Shown here: in pieces, positions 39,346-51,435 of the stretch | How positions within the stretch are numbered: position 1 is the stretch's first letter | How the letters are laid out: every line of letters starts with the position of its first letter | Source: Lama guanicoe | Taxonomy: Eukaryota | Direction of reading: 5' to 3' | Assembly (NCBI GenBank): GCA_013239625.1 | Contig: MU054001.1 | Location: 2,424,151 to 2,488,150, forward strand | DNA: 64,000 nucleotides | Notes under the pieces: model-generated | What the model was told of the DNA's origin: nothing | The model's database searches: none | What the model saw: only the letters and a program-made list of their open reading frames with translations | Translations under genes and position numbers: made by a program

Positions 39346-42179
39346 TTAGGCAAATCTTAAACAGCCTCTTGTTCTTTCTTCTTTTTGGGGACTGACATCT
39401 GTGGTAATGTCCTCTATTGAAACTGGGAGGTATGGCTGGCATTTTTGGATATCGGATCATAAATTCTCAGTGGTTACATTATTGTAATAGGGGATGTTAC
39501 ATTTTTTGACCAAACTGTTCCACATCCTATAAATAAATAAACCTCATGATTATTTAAAATAAAATTATGCTCCAAGTACTTTTAAAAAAAAGACATGTAT
39601 ACATGTTTTATACATAGAGTATACAATGGACTCTGATGTGTTATAAAATGCACCAGTATCCCAAAGCAAATGTCTTTCTGGATTATTATTACCTTGATCC
39701 AGAAGGAGCATGAGCTATTACCTTCTATTTTAACATTTAATTGACTTTGTCCTTAGCCTCCCTAGAATTTAGAGAGGCTTTGGGGAGGATAATTTGAGCT
39801 CATGTTCTTGCTCTTGCTGTATCTCCTCTGGCAAACAGAGATTCCGTTTCATTGTCAGTGTTTTTTGCCTTAAAGTACCACATAGGGCCTCCAGGCATGG
39901 TCAGTGTTGCTGGCAAAGCTATTTTTAAAAGGTTTATCCTTTTTTCTCTTCTGCACCTGAGTTGTTTCTTCCTTATATTAAGATCTACCATTGGCATCTG
40001 CTCAGAAGCAGATCCAGAGAGGTCCTCCTGTCTTTGACAGCTCTTAGGACACTTCCCACTTCTTGAGAAAGAAAACATTCGTCAGGTCAATAGCAAAGCC
40101 TTTTTCTGACACTCTGGAAGACACACACTGAGAGATACACCCATTCTGGATGCAGATTTGCACGTTGGTAGAAAACAACTGAAGGTGTGGGCCACAGATG
40201 TTAAGAACTGAGATGTATGTGATGGCTAATTAGACAAGTGACATGAATAGAGTAGCAGTGTGCATGTACTTTTTAAGTGGACCATTTATTCATTCATTTA
40301 CCCAGAAGCAGGTATGGGTGATCTTCATGCATTAGAGCATGAATAATTGACCGTACATGGATTTAAGCCAAGAGCCAGTAACTCAAAAGGCATTCTAGAA
40401 AGAGCATCCAGGACTGGGCTCATTGGGTCTGTGACTGATTTAGAAGGGATTGTTTAAACATTTTACATCAGGTACTAAAATCCGGATTCAAAAACATTTC
40501 CAAGTGGAATTCACTGACTCCAAAAAACCAATAGGATGGAATTAAAAAAAAAATCTAACATATTGTTTGTTTGAGGGGTTTTGTTTTTGTTTATTCATTA
40601 GGTAAGTGCAGTTGAGAGCACTCTAAATTTATAGTCAGAGACGTGGCAGACAGCTAAAATAGTCCTTGAGGTATGACTTTAGAATAATTTCAGCCTGAAC
40701 CCAGTGTAAAATGGCTGCTAATCTGGTGATCTCACAGGAATCAGCACCTAATCCTACAGCTTGATGATGAGACCATCTCTGAAGTTCTCTCTCTCGCTCT
40801 TTTTCTTTTTTTTTTTGGGGGGGGGTCCCCGCAATTTAAGGGGGAATGATGACTAAATTGAAGGCCTCTCCAGAGGGTTGCCTCCACACCTGAGAGTCGA
40901 ACCATATTCAAATAATCAAAAGAATCATGAAAGTGAGGATTTGGGGGCATGTGATTTGGGTCCTCAGATGTAAGCACCATCATGTAAGGGGAGCCTAAGT
41001 TTGGTCTCTGTACCCTGGATAGAAGCAGTTGTCCAAGGAGTGAGATTACAGGGAGGAAGATTTCAGCCTCAACCTTAGAATAGTAAACAGGGCTGCATCA
41101 CATGTCCATTTAACTTACGTCTCTCGATCTGGAGCCTAGGACTCCCTGCCTTAAGATGTGACTCTACTATCACTTCCAATCTTCACAAGAAAATTAATAG
41201 AAGCTTAATATTAAGCCCCAAGGGAGTAGACCTGGCAGGCAAGTGGGACCTCTTCACAGGGAACCAGCCTTTTTCATTCTCCACTCGGGGGCATCTTAAA
41301 GGCACAGTGGTGTCATTGGCCAGGTGTCTATACATAGACTTCCTCTGTAGTTTCATCCTTAAGATTGGCTTGGTGATTTTTAAATATTCGAGTACATAAA
41401 AATAATGTTCATATTTATGTGTAGAAAACTGTGTATTCTACTTAGTGGGCGATTTAATGGTAACCATGAGTATTTGCAGGTTTCTTCTTACCCAAGACTT
41501 TAGAACATGACCCTCCAGTAACATGCAGCCCCCTTGGGCTTTTGTACAAAAAAGGGACAGAGAACCGTCTGGTAAGGTGCTCAAACAGAAACCATCAGCG
41601 ATGACTTTTCCTACCTTGTGTGACTCTTTTGTAAAGTCACTCCTCAGATTTCTTCTAATGGTAGATTTTATAAATGTGAGTAATAAAAATGTAGAAGTAC
41701 ACATTCAAAATCATTAAAGAGAGTGGATGGCAGCTTGATGCCTCCAAAGTTCCCCCATAACCTCCCTCCAAAAACCTCTAATTTTCTGAAGAATAAGAGG
41801 AAAAAAATTGTCTTTAAGAGGACTCATTCCAATCACTGTTGCATTAGTAAAATAATTTATTTTGTGGAGGTAATTATGTGTTTTTAGCACAAAATGTATT
41901 AGGCAGTTTCTCCCCATGTTGTGCCCCAGGTCGTTTACCTTGTAACAGATTATTCAGTCACACAAATGTTGAACATTCTCCCCTTACCTGTGACTCCTTT
42001 GATACATTCTGGAAATCTCTGAAAATCTTTGGTAAACTAAAATATTTCTAAAGTTGTAAAGTACTTCAATTTAGTGTCTCTAAATATTCAAATGAGCACT
42101 GTTATAAATAATCTTGCAAATACCAGGCTTTGAAATTTTCTAGTCAGAGTCATTTTCTGGTAGTAGTAATTGTTAATTA

Positions 42180-42400
42180 ATCAAAATAGCTAACATTTAT
42201 GAAATGCTCTCTGTGGGCCAGGTGCTGCTCTAAATGCTTAACAAATATGAGTTAATTTAATTCTCACAGCCTCTACACAAGCTATAAAACCCCATTTTAT
42301 AGATACGGAAAGCAGGGAACAGATGGGTGAATTAACTTGCCCAAAGTCACAAAGTTGTTGAGTATCAGAGCTAGACTTGAACTCAGGCAGTCTATACCCT
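42180..42400 (-). mobile_element. MIR
   Basis: aatagctaacatttatg...gccaggtgctgctctaaatgctt...tttaattctcaca...cccattttatagat...aacttgcccaaagtcaca...ttgaactcaggcagtct. Confidence 0.9.
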
Positions 42401-42477
42401 ATTGTCTTTCAAACTAATTCTTGGTGGTGAGGTTAGTTTAGACTTAAATGCTGAAGAACTGTTACTCTTAAATATGT

Positions 42478-42972
42478 ATATCAGTTATCTTTTGCTACAG
42501 TAGCACTGTGTAACAACCAGCCTCAAAACCCAATAACTCAAAAAGATAACGTTCATCTCAGAGAGTGCCAGTAAACCAGCTGGGTCTTCAGAGCTAGGCC
42601 AAGGTTGGCAGGATCAGCCAGTCTTGCTCACCTGTATGCAGTCAGCATGGGGGGTTGGCACTGGACTCATACACATAAATGGCAATTGGCTGGCTGGCAG
42701 TGAACTGGCTCTTGAGTGGGGTAACAGGGCCACATGTCTGTCATCAGGTTGTGGCAGGTGCTGAGGGAGACAGACAGACAGACAGACAGACTTTGAGAAC
42801 TCAATTCCATCACATTCTGTTGACCAGAGCAAAGTCACCAATCGGGCCAGCCTAGATTCAAAGGGTGGGGAGTTTGCCTCCACCTCTGGGGGGGAGCTAC
42901 AAAGTCATGTGACAAAGTGCTTGGGTTCAGGGAAGCATGAATAATGGTGGCCATTTTTGTCATCAATTTACA
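42478..42972 (-). mobile_element. MLT1 (ERVL-MaLR) solo LTR
   Basis: tatcagttatcttttgct...tgtaacaacc...cacattctgttgaccagagcaaagtcac...gccagcctagattcaaaggg...ggccatttttg...caatttaca. Subfamily uncertain. Confidence 0.8.
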
Positions 42973-43010
42973 AGACTTAAAAATACTCAAATTTTCTCCC
43001 CCAAATTCAG

Positions 43011-43733
43011 GCTGCCGCTGAATCAGCAGAAGCCCAGACCATTCGTTCTGTTCAACAAACCCTGGCGTCCACCAATCTGACACCCTCCCTCCTTCTCAGC
43101 CCCCCGCTGTCTCAACATGGAACAGTGTCGGCACCACCTCAGACTCTCCAGCAATCGCTCCCCAGATCAATCGCTCCCAAACCCTTAACCATGAGACTCC
43201 CCATGAACCAGATTGTCACGTCGGTCACCATTGCAGCCAACATGCCATCGAACATTGGGGCTCCGCTGATCAGCTCCATGGTTGGCTCAGCATCCTCCAC
43301 CCAAGTGAGCTCTTCGGTCCAGACCCAGCAGCATCAGATGCAGCAGCAGCAGCAGCAGCAGCACCAGATGCAACAGATGCAGCAGCAGCAGCTCCAGCAG
43401 CACCAGATGCATCAGCAGCTCCAGCAGCAGATGCAGCAGCAGCATTTTCAGCACCACATGCAGCAGCACCTGCAGCAGCAGCAGCAGCACCTGCAGCAGC
43501 AGCTCAGCCAACAGCAGCTGCAGCAGCAGCTGCAGCAGCACCTCCAGCTGCAGCAGCTGCAGCACATGCAGCATCAGTCCCAGCCTTCTCCGCGGCAGCC
43601 TTCCCCCGTCACCTCCCAGATGACGTCCCCCGGCCCCGCCATTGGGAGCCCCCAGCCAGCCTCTCAGCAGCACCAGTCGCAGATACAGTCTCAGACGCAG
43701 ACTCAAGTATTATCGCAGGTCAGTATTTTCTGA
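43011..43733 (+). CDS. TOX3: TOX3 last coding exon 7 (240 aa plus TGA), with glutamine-rich C-terminus
   Basis: Acceptor ccccaaattcag|. Reads [21 protein letters not shown]...PRSIAPKP...Q-rich tract...QVLSQVSIF*. The Q-rich tail distinguishes TOX3 from TOX, TOX2 and TOX4. Confidence 0.98.
   Translation, partial: AAAESAEAQTIRSVQQTLASTNLTPSLLLSPPLSQHGTVSAPPQTLQQSLPRSIAPKPLTMRLPMNQIVTSVTIAANMPSNIGAPLISSMVGSASSTQVSSSVQTQQHQMQQQQQQQHQMQQMQQQQLQQHQMHQQLQQQMQQQHFQHHMQQHLQQQQQHLQQQLSQQQLQQQLQQHLQLQQLQHMQHQSQPSPRQPSPVTSQMTSPGPAIGSPQPASQQHQSQIQSQTQTQVLSQVSIF
43327..43580 (+). repeat. TOX3: Interrupted CAG (polyQ) coding repeat; longest pure run (CAG)7 at 43341-43361
   Basis: Read directly. Interrupted by ATG, CAC, CAT, CTC and CTG codons. 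Confidence 0.97.
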
Positions 43734-44970
43734 AGATGCACGCGGCAGGCGGGTTTGCGCATCTTGGGGGAGAGTGGCGTCATCGGAGGGTAAACCACAT
43801 GTGGCTGAAACTCGGAAGTCGGTGTTGGTTATGCAGAAATGTGTAACAGACCACGCGGTCCTCTCAAGTGTCTATTAGATAGGCAATAAGAACTACAGTG
43901 TAGCTGAAAATCATCTTCTAGCGGACTCTAAATCACTTTGTTTTTAAACAAGAAAAGCTGTGCTCTTTTATGTGATGCCTTTTTTATTTATTCAGGCTGT
44001 ACCTACAATATGTGAATCAAACCGTTTAATGAATCCTGGGACATACTGATGACTGTAATAAACTGGCCTCTTTGAGTCATAGCAAATGGCCTTATTTCTC
44101 CAGAAGTGAATAAACCACACTTCCAGGCGACTGGAACGTCCGAAGCCCTAAAAATAAAAAGCACAGTCGTAACTACCTGAAATATGAAGAACCAGTTTCA
44201 TACAAACATTTGTATGACGTCAATCGTTGATGGCATTTTTTTGTCATGAAAAAAAATGTAAATCACAGACTTTTGCCAAAGCTCTTATTTTTTTTCCTTA
44301 AATCTCTCCAGAAAAAAAAAAAATGCAAGTGACTAGATTCAATTATTGACTCATTTTTCACTTTTTACCCATGACTTCTCCAAATCAAACCACAGTATAT
44401 GTTGGAACAGTATCTATGACCACTGTTAGCCCATTATACTCATGCCAATTAGAAGACAAGAATGTGAATATTATATTCTGTGTTTTGAGTGACAAGTTTC
44501 GAAAATTAAAAACACTGTATTTTTAAAAGGGAAATGCACTTAAATGAAAACAGTTATTACAAAAGTTAAGATTTAAAAAAAAAAAAGCAAGAGTTTTTAT
44601 TATGATGTAATACCGGTAGAATATTTAAAAGGCACACCACATCGGAATAATCAATGTAAATATTTTCTTTCAAAGTTGTAAGTTTTCATATCATGTGTTG
44701 TAAAGTTTTCATAAACGAGGCTTTAACGTAAACACTGGTGACACGAACCATTCATTGCTACGTTGCTTCTTGTGTTTTTATGCTGTTTTATACTTTTTTA
44801 TGAGTTATGATAGCAGCAATTAAGTTGTTTGTATTTTGCTTAACTAAAACAAAAATGCTTTTATCTTGCTATAGAATAAACACATTTCAGTAAAAACCGT
44901 GGACTGTATTTTGATGCAACAACCAGGAAACTGTTCACTTTTCAAATAAAATGATATGTTAAATTTCACT
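43734..44970 (+). other. TOX3: TOX3 3' UTR (proximal form; end approximate)
   Basis: AT-rich and repeat-free after the stop codon. AATAAA hexamers at 44109, 44153, 44875 and 44945. Confidence 0.75.
44875..44950 (+). terminator. Paired AATAAA polyadenylation signals
   Basis: AATAAA at 44875-44880 and 44945-44950, with U-rich sequence upstream and a T/GT-rich stretch after the second. Actual use is inferred. Confidence 0.6.
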
Positions 44971-47900
44971 TTCGGTTCTTTGAGTATGTAGAAGGTGAGG
45001 AAATATGTCCACATACCAACTTGTGTTGGAACCCCAGCATCAGTTTCCATTTTTAGTTGGAAATAAGAGATTCAGAGCTAAGCATTTGGATTGCATGGTC
45101 CCAAATCAGGGCCTGTAAAAAAGAAAAGAAGCCATCAGAAATACTTTTATAATTATAATTTTGTTAAGATGCAAGGGAAAGGTAAGTGTAGAGGAGAAAG
45201 CAATCATCTCTTTGGGGCTAGAACCAACTGGCATTGTGTTGTTACTGCTATTAAAACGGATGGCGAATGCTAATTCTTAAGCCAAAATAATTATTTCAGT
45301 GCCCATTTCTTCCCCCCTTTTCTTGCTCTGTAGTGGCTCCTCTTTGAGAACAGTGTGACCACTATCCCCAGTTGTCTTGCATGATTAATTACAGCATCTG
45401 TCCTGTCAGAAGCTATAATGAAGAGGTCTTGATAAAAATTGCAAATTACCACTGGCAACAGTCTTAAACTGCTTATGATAAAATGAAAATTAAAAACAGC
45501 AAGTGTCAACCCTGACCAGAATCCTAATCTGGAAAAAAATGAGAGTGTGAGTAGGGGCAGCCATAGTACTGTGTGCAAGACATTCAAAAAAAAAATAATG
45601 GAATATGGATTCCTCAAAGTTGTTGTTGTATTTCAAAGAATATTTACTGTACGTAGTGGGCTATGAATAATGAATTCAGCTTTCAATATTTCATAATCCT
45701 CTCGTACTCTGTGTTATGTACAAATATTGAACAGCAAGAGCTTCTAATTATAAATTTATAGATTTCTTGCTGTAGAAAAATTTGTGTCTAAATTGAAGCT
45801 TTTCATAAGATGTATTAGTTGACAGGTATCAGTGTTCAAACAGTCCAAGGATGGTGCCTAATCATGTCTACAAGGGGGCAACTATATTCCACAAAGAACT
45901 GATTCCACGTCAGACCCATCAGAAGCAGAGCTGATGGCGAAAGATTTTTCTGTGAATTGAAACTAACATTACATAACAATAAGAACCATTTTATACTCTG
46001 TTGTGAAACCTTTAGACAAATGTCTTCAAAATTAATTGCTAAACTACATGTGACAGTAATTGTGTATTAGTTCTGTAATTGTCATTTTGAAAACCCATGA
46101 AGTATTGCTTGGAAAAAAAAATGTCACTAGTGATAAGACTTAATTGCAAATGAAGTCTGTTTTCAACTGGTTTGCAGTTAGAAGCAGGTGTTGTATCATC
46201 TATTAAATGATTTTATAAATCTTGAGTTTTATCACATTTGATTAAATGCTGCTAAGCACACTGACGGTCAATTTCAAGGAAAAGAATTGCTTGATGACTA
46301 ATGGTTTAAAAAAATTAATCACCAGGCAGAACTATATCTTTAAAATGTCGAAAAGGCTTGAATCGTGAAAAGAATTCCCCAGCCTTGTTACCAAATCATT
46401 TTTCTCAGGATCTGCTAAAGCATATGATGCATCAACTTGTATTTCCCTTTATCCGTGGGACTGGTTCCTAGTTCTGAGACGTACGTTAAGTACTTGGTGT
46501 ACTTTTTTGGTTATAGGTCAGAAATAAAGCAGGGTGGTGAAAAATAGACGTGAGAAATGTGGTATCTGATTAGCGGGACACCTAAACAGCCTAAATGCTT
46601 TTCCTGCTAAATGGTCCACAGACATTAACGAGGCTCCCCCACGCCCCCTCCCCCATCTCGCACACCTTCTCTCTCCCCCTGCCGTGGGCACAGTATTTTA
46701 TTACTCTGGCTAAACAGACTCTCGTTTTTGCATTAACCAGTACTGCCTTGCGATGAAAGAACATAAGGAGTTTTCATTTTTAGCTGACACGGGGTCATTA
46801 GTTCCCGACTCAAAGAACAAAAGCTTAAATGCCTTCGTGCAGCATAATTTCTGCAATCTATTCCCACCTGATGGAGGTTTGAAGGCTTTCGAGACAGATG
46901 GATTAATATCTCAAGTTTAAGTAGAAGTCCTCCGCTGTGTCCATTCAGCGGGCTGCAGACATCTGAATGGTTTCGTTCCCATTTCTCACCCTGTGGAGCA
47001 TTTTTCAGCACTGGACTTCAATCTAACCTTTCCTTTCCCCCCCTTCTCCCCACCCCTTTTGTTTGGCTTTTGTTTTGCAACAGCTGTTATTATCGTTTTT
47101 GGTCAGCTGTGATTGCTGGAGGCAAAATAGGACCAGATGGTGTTTTGCTATGCATGAATGGCGAGTTAGAGGAGTTGGGATTGAATAGGCCAAGTTTGAA
47201 TGGTGTCTACGCACCACCTGCCTGCCTGAGCTGTGGCACACACATCACAGGAGCATGATCCGCCTCAGACCTACTAGAATCGGATGGGAAAGTGGGGAGC
47301 TGGGGTGGATTTTCCCCATGTTTATTGATCTTCCATGCACTAACGGAATAATGCAGTGTACAGTCAATTTGAGTTAATTGGATATGACAGAGCATGGGCG
47401 TGTAATCTATCACTCTAGAATTCTGGTTTGCTTTACAGATTTCATTGCTCCCTCAGATACACACACACACACACACACAGAATAATAGCAAAAAATAGTG
47501 GGCTAAGTAGGCACAAAATTGTTTAAAATGTCTCTAAAATAGCAGAATTAAGAGTCTAAAGTAAGGATTTGGAAAGGGGAAGATTCTTCAAAATGATATT
47601 TGTGTCTGTCAATAATACAAGGCAAAGAAAAGCTATGTTTCTGATACTCGTGGAGAGACTTTATACCTGTAGGTTACCCATCAAATATTTCACACGTAGA
47701 AGAAATGTGCTTTGCTAGGAAACTCACACAGATACACGACCAGATTAGAATTCTCTTAGAAAATATGAACTGTAGAAGTCTTTCTCCTCATCCTCTCAAA
47801 GACAGCTTTGCTGACTGTCTGAAGTAACCCTGAGATGTGCTTTTTCTGAATCTGAAAGCTGGTGAATGAGTTTAACCCATGTCGATTGTGATCCTACAGG

Positions 47901-50900
47901 TGTGTGGGTCGCGTGTGCCGGGGTGTCACCGAGGAAAGCTTAACCACCCAGGAAACATGGAGTGAGATATGCAGACAGACAGCTCCATTTGCCTGAGGCC
48001 CTAATTACTTAAATTTACTTCTGCTACATGCAAAACACAATGATAGGTCCCAAAGGAGGTGCAAAAATAAACAGGGCCTTCTGTTTGTATACGTTTGAAA
48101 TTTTCCATAATAAAAGTTTAAAAAAAATAAAATAGAAGCCATTCTTCACTTCAGGAGCTTTTATTTTTCTCTTGTGGTGAGGGAGAGCATCAAGAAACCT
48201 GGAACACATGTGGGTTTTGTGTGTGTGTGTGTGTGTGTGCTTGATAATCTGAGAAAACTGCAATTTATTTAGAAAGGGAAGAGATTGCAACTGGTTAGGG
48301 TATTTGGGAAAGCTGCATGGGATTACTGGCATCTAAGACGTGCCCTGTGGGACTTCACTAGGCTGAGGTGGCCGTCCTCACCCAGCAGAAGAAGGAGGTG
48401 GCTTCTCCGGGCAAGGGTTGAAAGCACAGGCACCAGCAAAATAGCAGTAGAGAACAAAGCAAATTGGACCCACAGTGCTCTGGGGGAGGTGAGCGGGAGA
48501 AAGTGCTAGAAGGGAAGTTTGGGGTTAGGTTTGTCGAAGTCCTTGTATGCCCAGCTGGGGACTTGTGCTTAATTCAAAAAGCACTAAGGAAGGTCTGATC
48601 AGGGTGGATTGAACGCATGAAGGGTTTTATGTGAGCTTACTTTTGAGAAGGGAGTATCCAGTCGCCACTAAAAGCTGAAAGAAAAATGGAACAAGCTTCC
48701 CACTTGAAAATGTATCTCAGTGTTTTAATTATTTACGTAAATAAATAAGGCGATCGCTCCGCGCTCGCTCCCAGACCACTCCCGTCTTCCCGGTACAAGA
48801 ACACACCCTCGGCAGAGCCGAACCAAGGCATTTTCGGTGCCATTTGCAGAATAAGCCTTATCTTTACATTAGCATCCAGGGGGAGATCATTTTCTGTGTT
48901 TCTGCTGTGAGAAAGAAAGCTATTTTCACCACTGGTAAAAAGTACCTCTCGGTGCTTGAACTCAAACGTGATGAATGATAAAAAAGAAGGCCTTGCTTTG
49001 TTGCTGAGTAAAACCTCAGGCAGCCCTGGGAGGGATGTTGGTTATGGTCTCAATTTAATTTCAAAGAAGACCCTTCACAGACAGAAAACGCGAATGTGGA
49101 TGCACACTTCTTAGCAGAGGAATAATGCTCTTTTGTAAAACTTCTCATTATCACTAGCATTTGTATAGTGGTCTGTACTTTTCAAAGCAGTTTTCTGTGG
49201 ATTAGCTCATTCAGTTCCCTCTCTCGATAGGACGGGAGTGAGCCTCACGGAACAAATTAGGAAACCGAGGCACAGAGAGGGTTATGGCTTGTTCCACTAT
49301 CTGTTTTGCTTATAAGAGGCACCGTCAGAACTGGCATGGACATTGTCTCCTTCTAGACCTGTTATTTCATTTACCTGCTAATATTTGTATATGTGTCGCA
49401 TGTATTTTTGACGTGTATTTATCTGTCATATATTGTATGGAAGGAGGTGTAAGTAAATATATGTGTGAATAGACAGATGATAGATATAAATAGATAGATA
49501 ATAGATGACAGAAATCCATCACAGCACCAAAGAGAATAATTAATCCCTGTTTTCCTCATGGCTAGTCAGGCAGTAAACCAAAGTGAACGCCACCTAGCCT
49601 GTGTTCTCAATGGGGCATAATGCCACATGGCACTTTTTCCCGGTGTGAGTACCTTCCAGTCTGATTGCTTCCTCTACCGAGATCTCTCTGTAATTATTTT
49701 GTATTCGGGCAAACGGCTTTGACTTGTGGGGTTCAAATGCTGGGGCTGGAGGTGCCACAAAGGTGTGTTTAAAAGGGGGTGGGGGGAAGAGCAGGCTTTA
49801 GGGAAGATGGAGATGGGTAAAGACCAGATAAGTGTGCATTGTTATGCATTATTTAGGGAATCCAGTGACTCAGTATTGAGCCTGGGAATTCAATGCAGGA
49901 GAGGGGACGCGGCCCCCTAAGGACTGGGGGTAGCCACCCCGGGTACTGCTTCAGGAGTTACCTCTCCATTTCCAAGACCATCTCCCCCTGGCTAGTGGAG
50001 TGCACCCTAGCGCAGGCCACCACTTGTTACAGGAAATACAGAGGTGAGAACCTCCGATCCTAAGTCCCCCTTCCACAAGATTTTATTACTGTCTTAACTA
50101 TAAAGAGCTCCAAAGATACCTTGCAAATAGTCACTTGCTAAGGTTGAACAAAACTGAGTGACATTCTAACATATTCATCCAGAACACCAAGCCCCAGCTT
50201 TCTGGAGAACGGAATATTTGGGGACTTTGAACAGAATCGTGGTTATTTTGAGATCCAAGTCTTATGTTTCTTTTCAGATTTTTGGCTGACTTTCTTTTTG
50301 GTCAGTGTGCTTTGACTCCAAGGGTATTTTGTTACCAAGTAAGATTCTTTTGATAACACTCCTTGTTCTGTGTCACCCCTTCTGACGTGCAGAGGGAGCC
50401 TTAGTGTTCAGTGCGTCACAATGAGCAGAAATGATGTCATGTTCTAAACCTGCCTTAACTGGTAATTTGCAGATTTGATACAAGATCTTAGCCCAAATCC
50501 TTCAGGCCTGCTGTTCCACCCTCACCCTTTCTGCACATTCTTAATCCTCTCCTCTGTAATTGGTATTGAGTACGTGGGCTCCCCAGGGACAAATAATAGC
50601 ATCTGAGGAAATTACCTACATACCGTCCTACCACTTGTGTGCTTTTTTTGGATGCCAAATTAAGATATCCATCTTTGGCTGTTTGGACAGTTACCTGGAA
50701 GGGTTAGCATCATTTTCTCCATAATAACATTTTTATAAATTGTGTCCAAAGGCTGGCACACCTAGCACGGAACTTTTTAATGATGCTTGGACTATTTTGG
50801 CCAATGAATGTGAGTACAACTATTGTTCTTTCCAAAGCAGAACCAAATTCCATAGGGGAAATGCACCATCCTTTTGCATGTAGAAAATTTAAAAAAAAAA

Positions 50901-51037
50901 TCGTTGTTTATGCTATTCGGGCAAAATTTCTTATCAAAAGAAACATGACGTTTTCTCACAGTGTAAAGTCTAAAATCTTGGTTAGCAAGAAGATCAAGGC
51001 TATAATCAGGGAACATTTTCAAGATTTAAATATGTTA

Positions 51038-51435
51038 CACCCAGTGTTCATAGCAGCACTATTTACAATAGCCAAAACATGGAAACAGCCTAAATGTCCA
51101 TCAACAGGTGACTGGATAAAGAAGATGTGGTATATTTATACAATGGAATACTACTCAGCCATAAAAACTGACAACATAATGCCATTTGCAGCAACATGGT
51201 TGCTCCTAGAGAATGTCATTCTAAGTGAAGTAAGCCAGAAAGAGAAAGAAAAATACCATATGAGATCGCTCATATGTGGAATCTAAAAAACAAACAAACA
51301 AACAAAAACAAAGCATAAATACAGGACAGAAATAGACTCATGGACAGAGAACACAGACTTGTGGTTACCAGGCAGGTAGAGGGTGGGAAGGGATAGACTG
51401 GGATTTCAAAATTGTAAAAAAATAAATAAATAAAT
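51038..51435 (+). mobile_element. Young 5'-truncated L1 (ORF2 C-terminus) with 10-bp TSD
   Basis: Uninterrupted PVFIAALFTIAKTWKQPKCPSTGDWIKKMWYIYTMEYYSAIK...KYHMRSLICGI*, then an (AAAT)n tail. TSD aaatatgtta at 51028-51037 and 51436-51445. Confidence 0.95.

Noticed and set aside
40740..40762. TCAGCACC half-site resembling a REST/RE1 motif
   Set aside because: The right half GGACAG is absent at canonical spacing.
43287..43706. 139-aa poly-leucine ORF on the - strand
   Set aside because: It is the mirror image of the TOX3 CAG tract. CTG repeats lack stops automatically, and there is no independent evidence of a gene.
50780..51286. 168-aa ORF that looks like a novel fusion protein
   Set aside because: The C-terminal half is L1 ORF2. 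The N-terminal half is flanking AT-rich DNA that happens to be open in frame, with no promoter or splice support.
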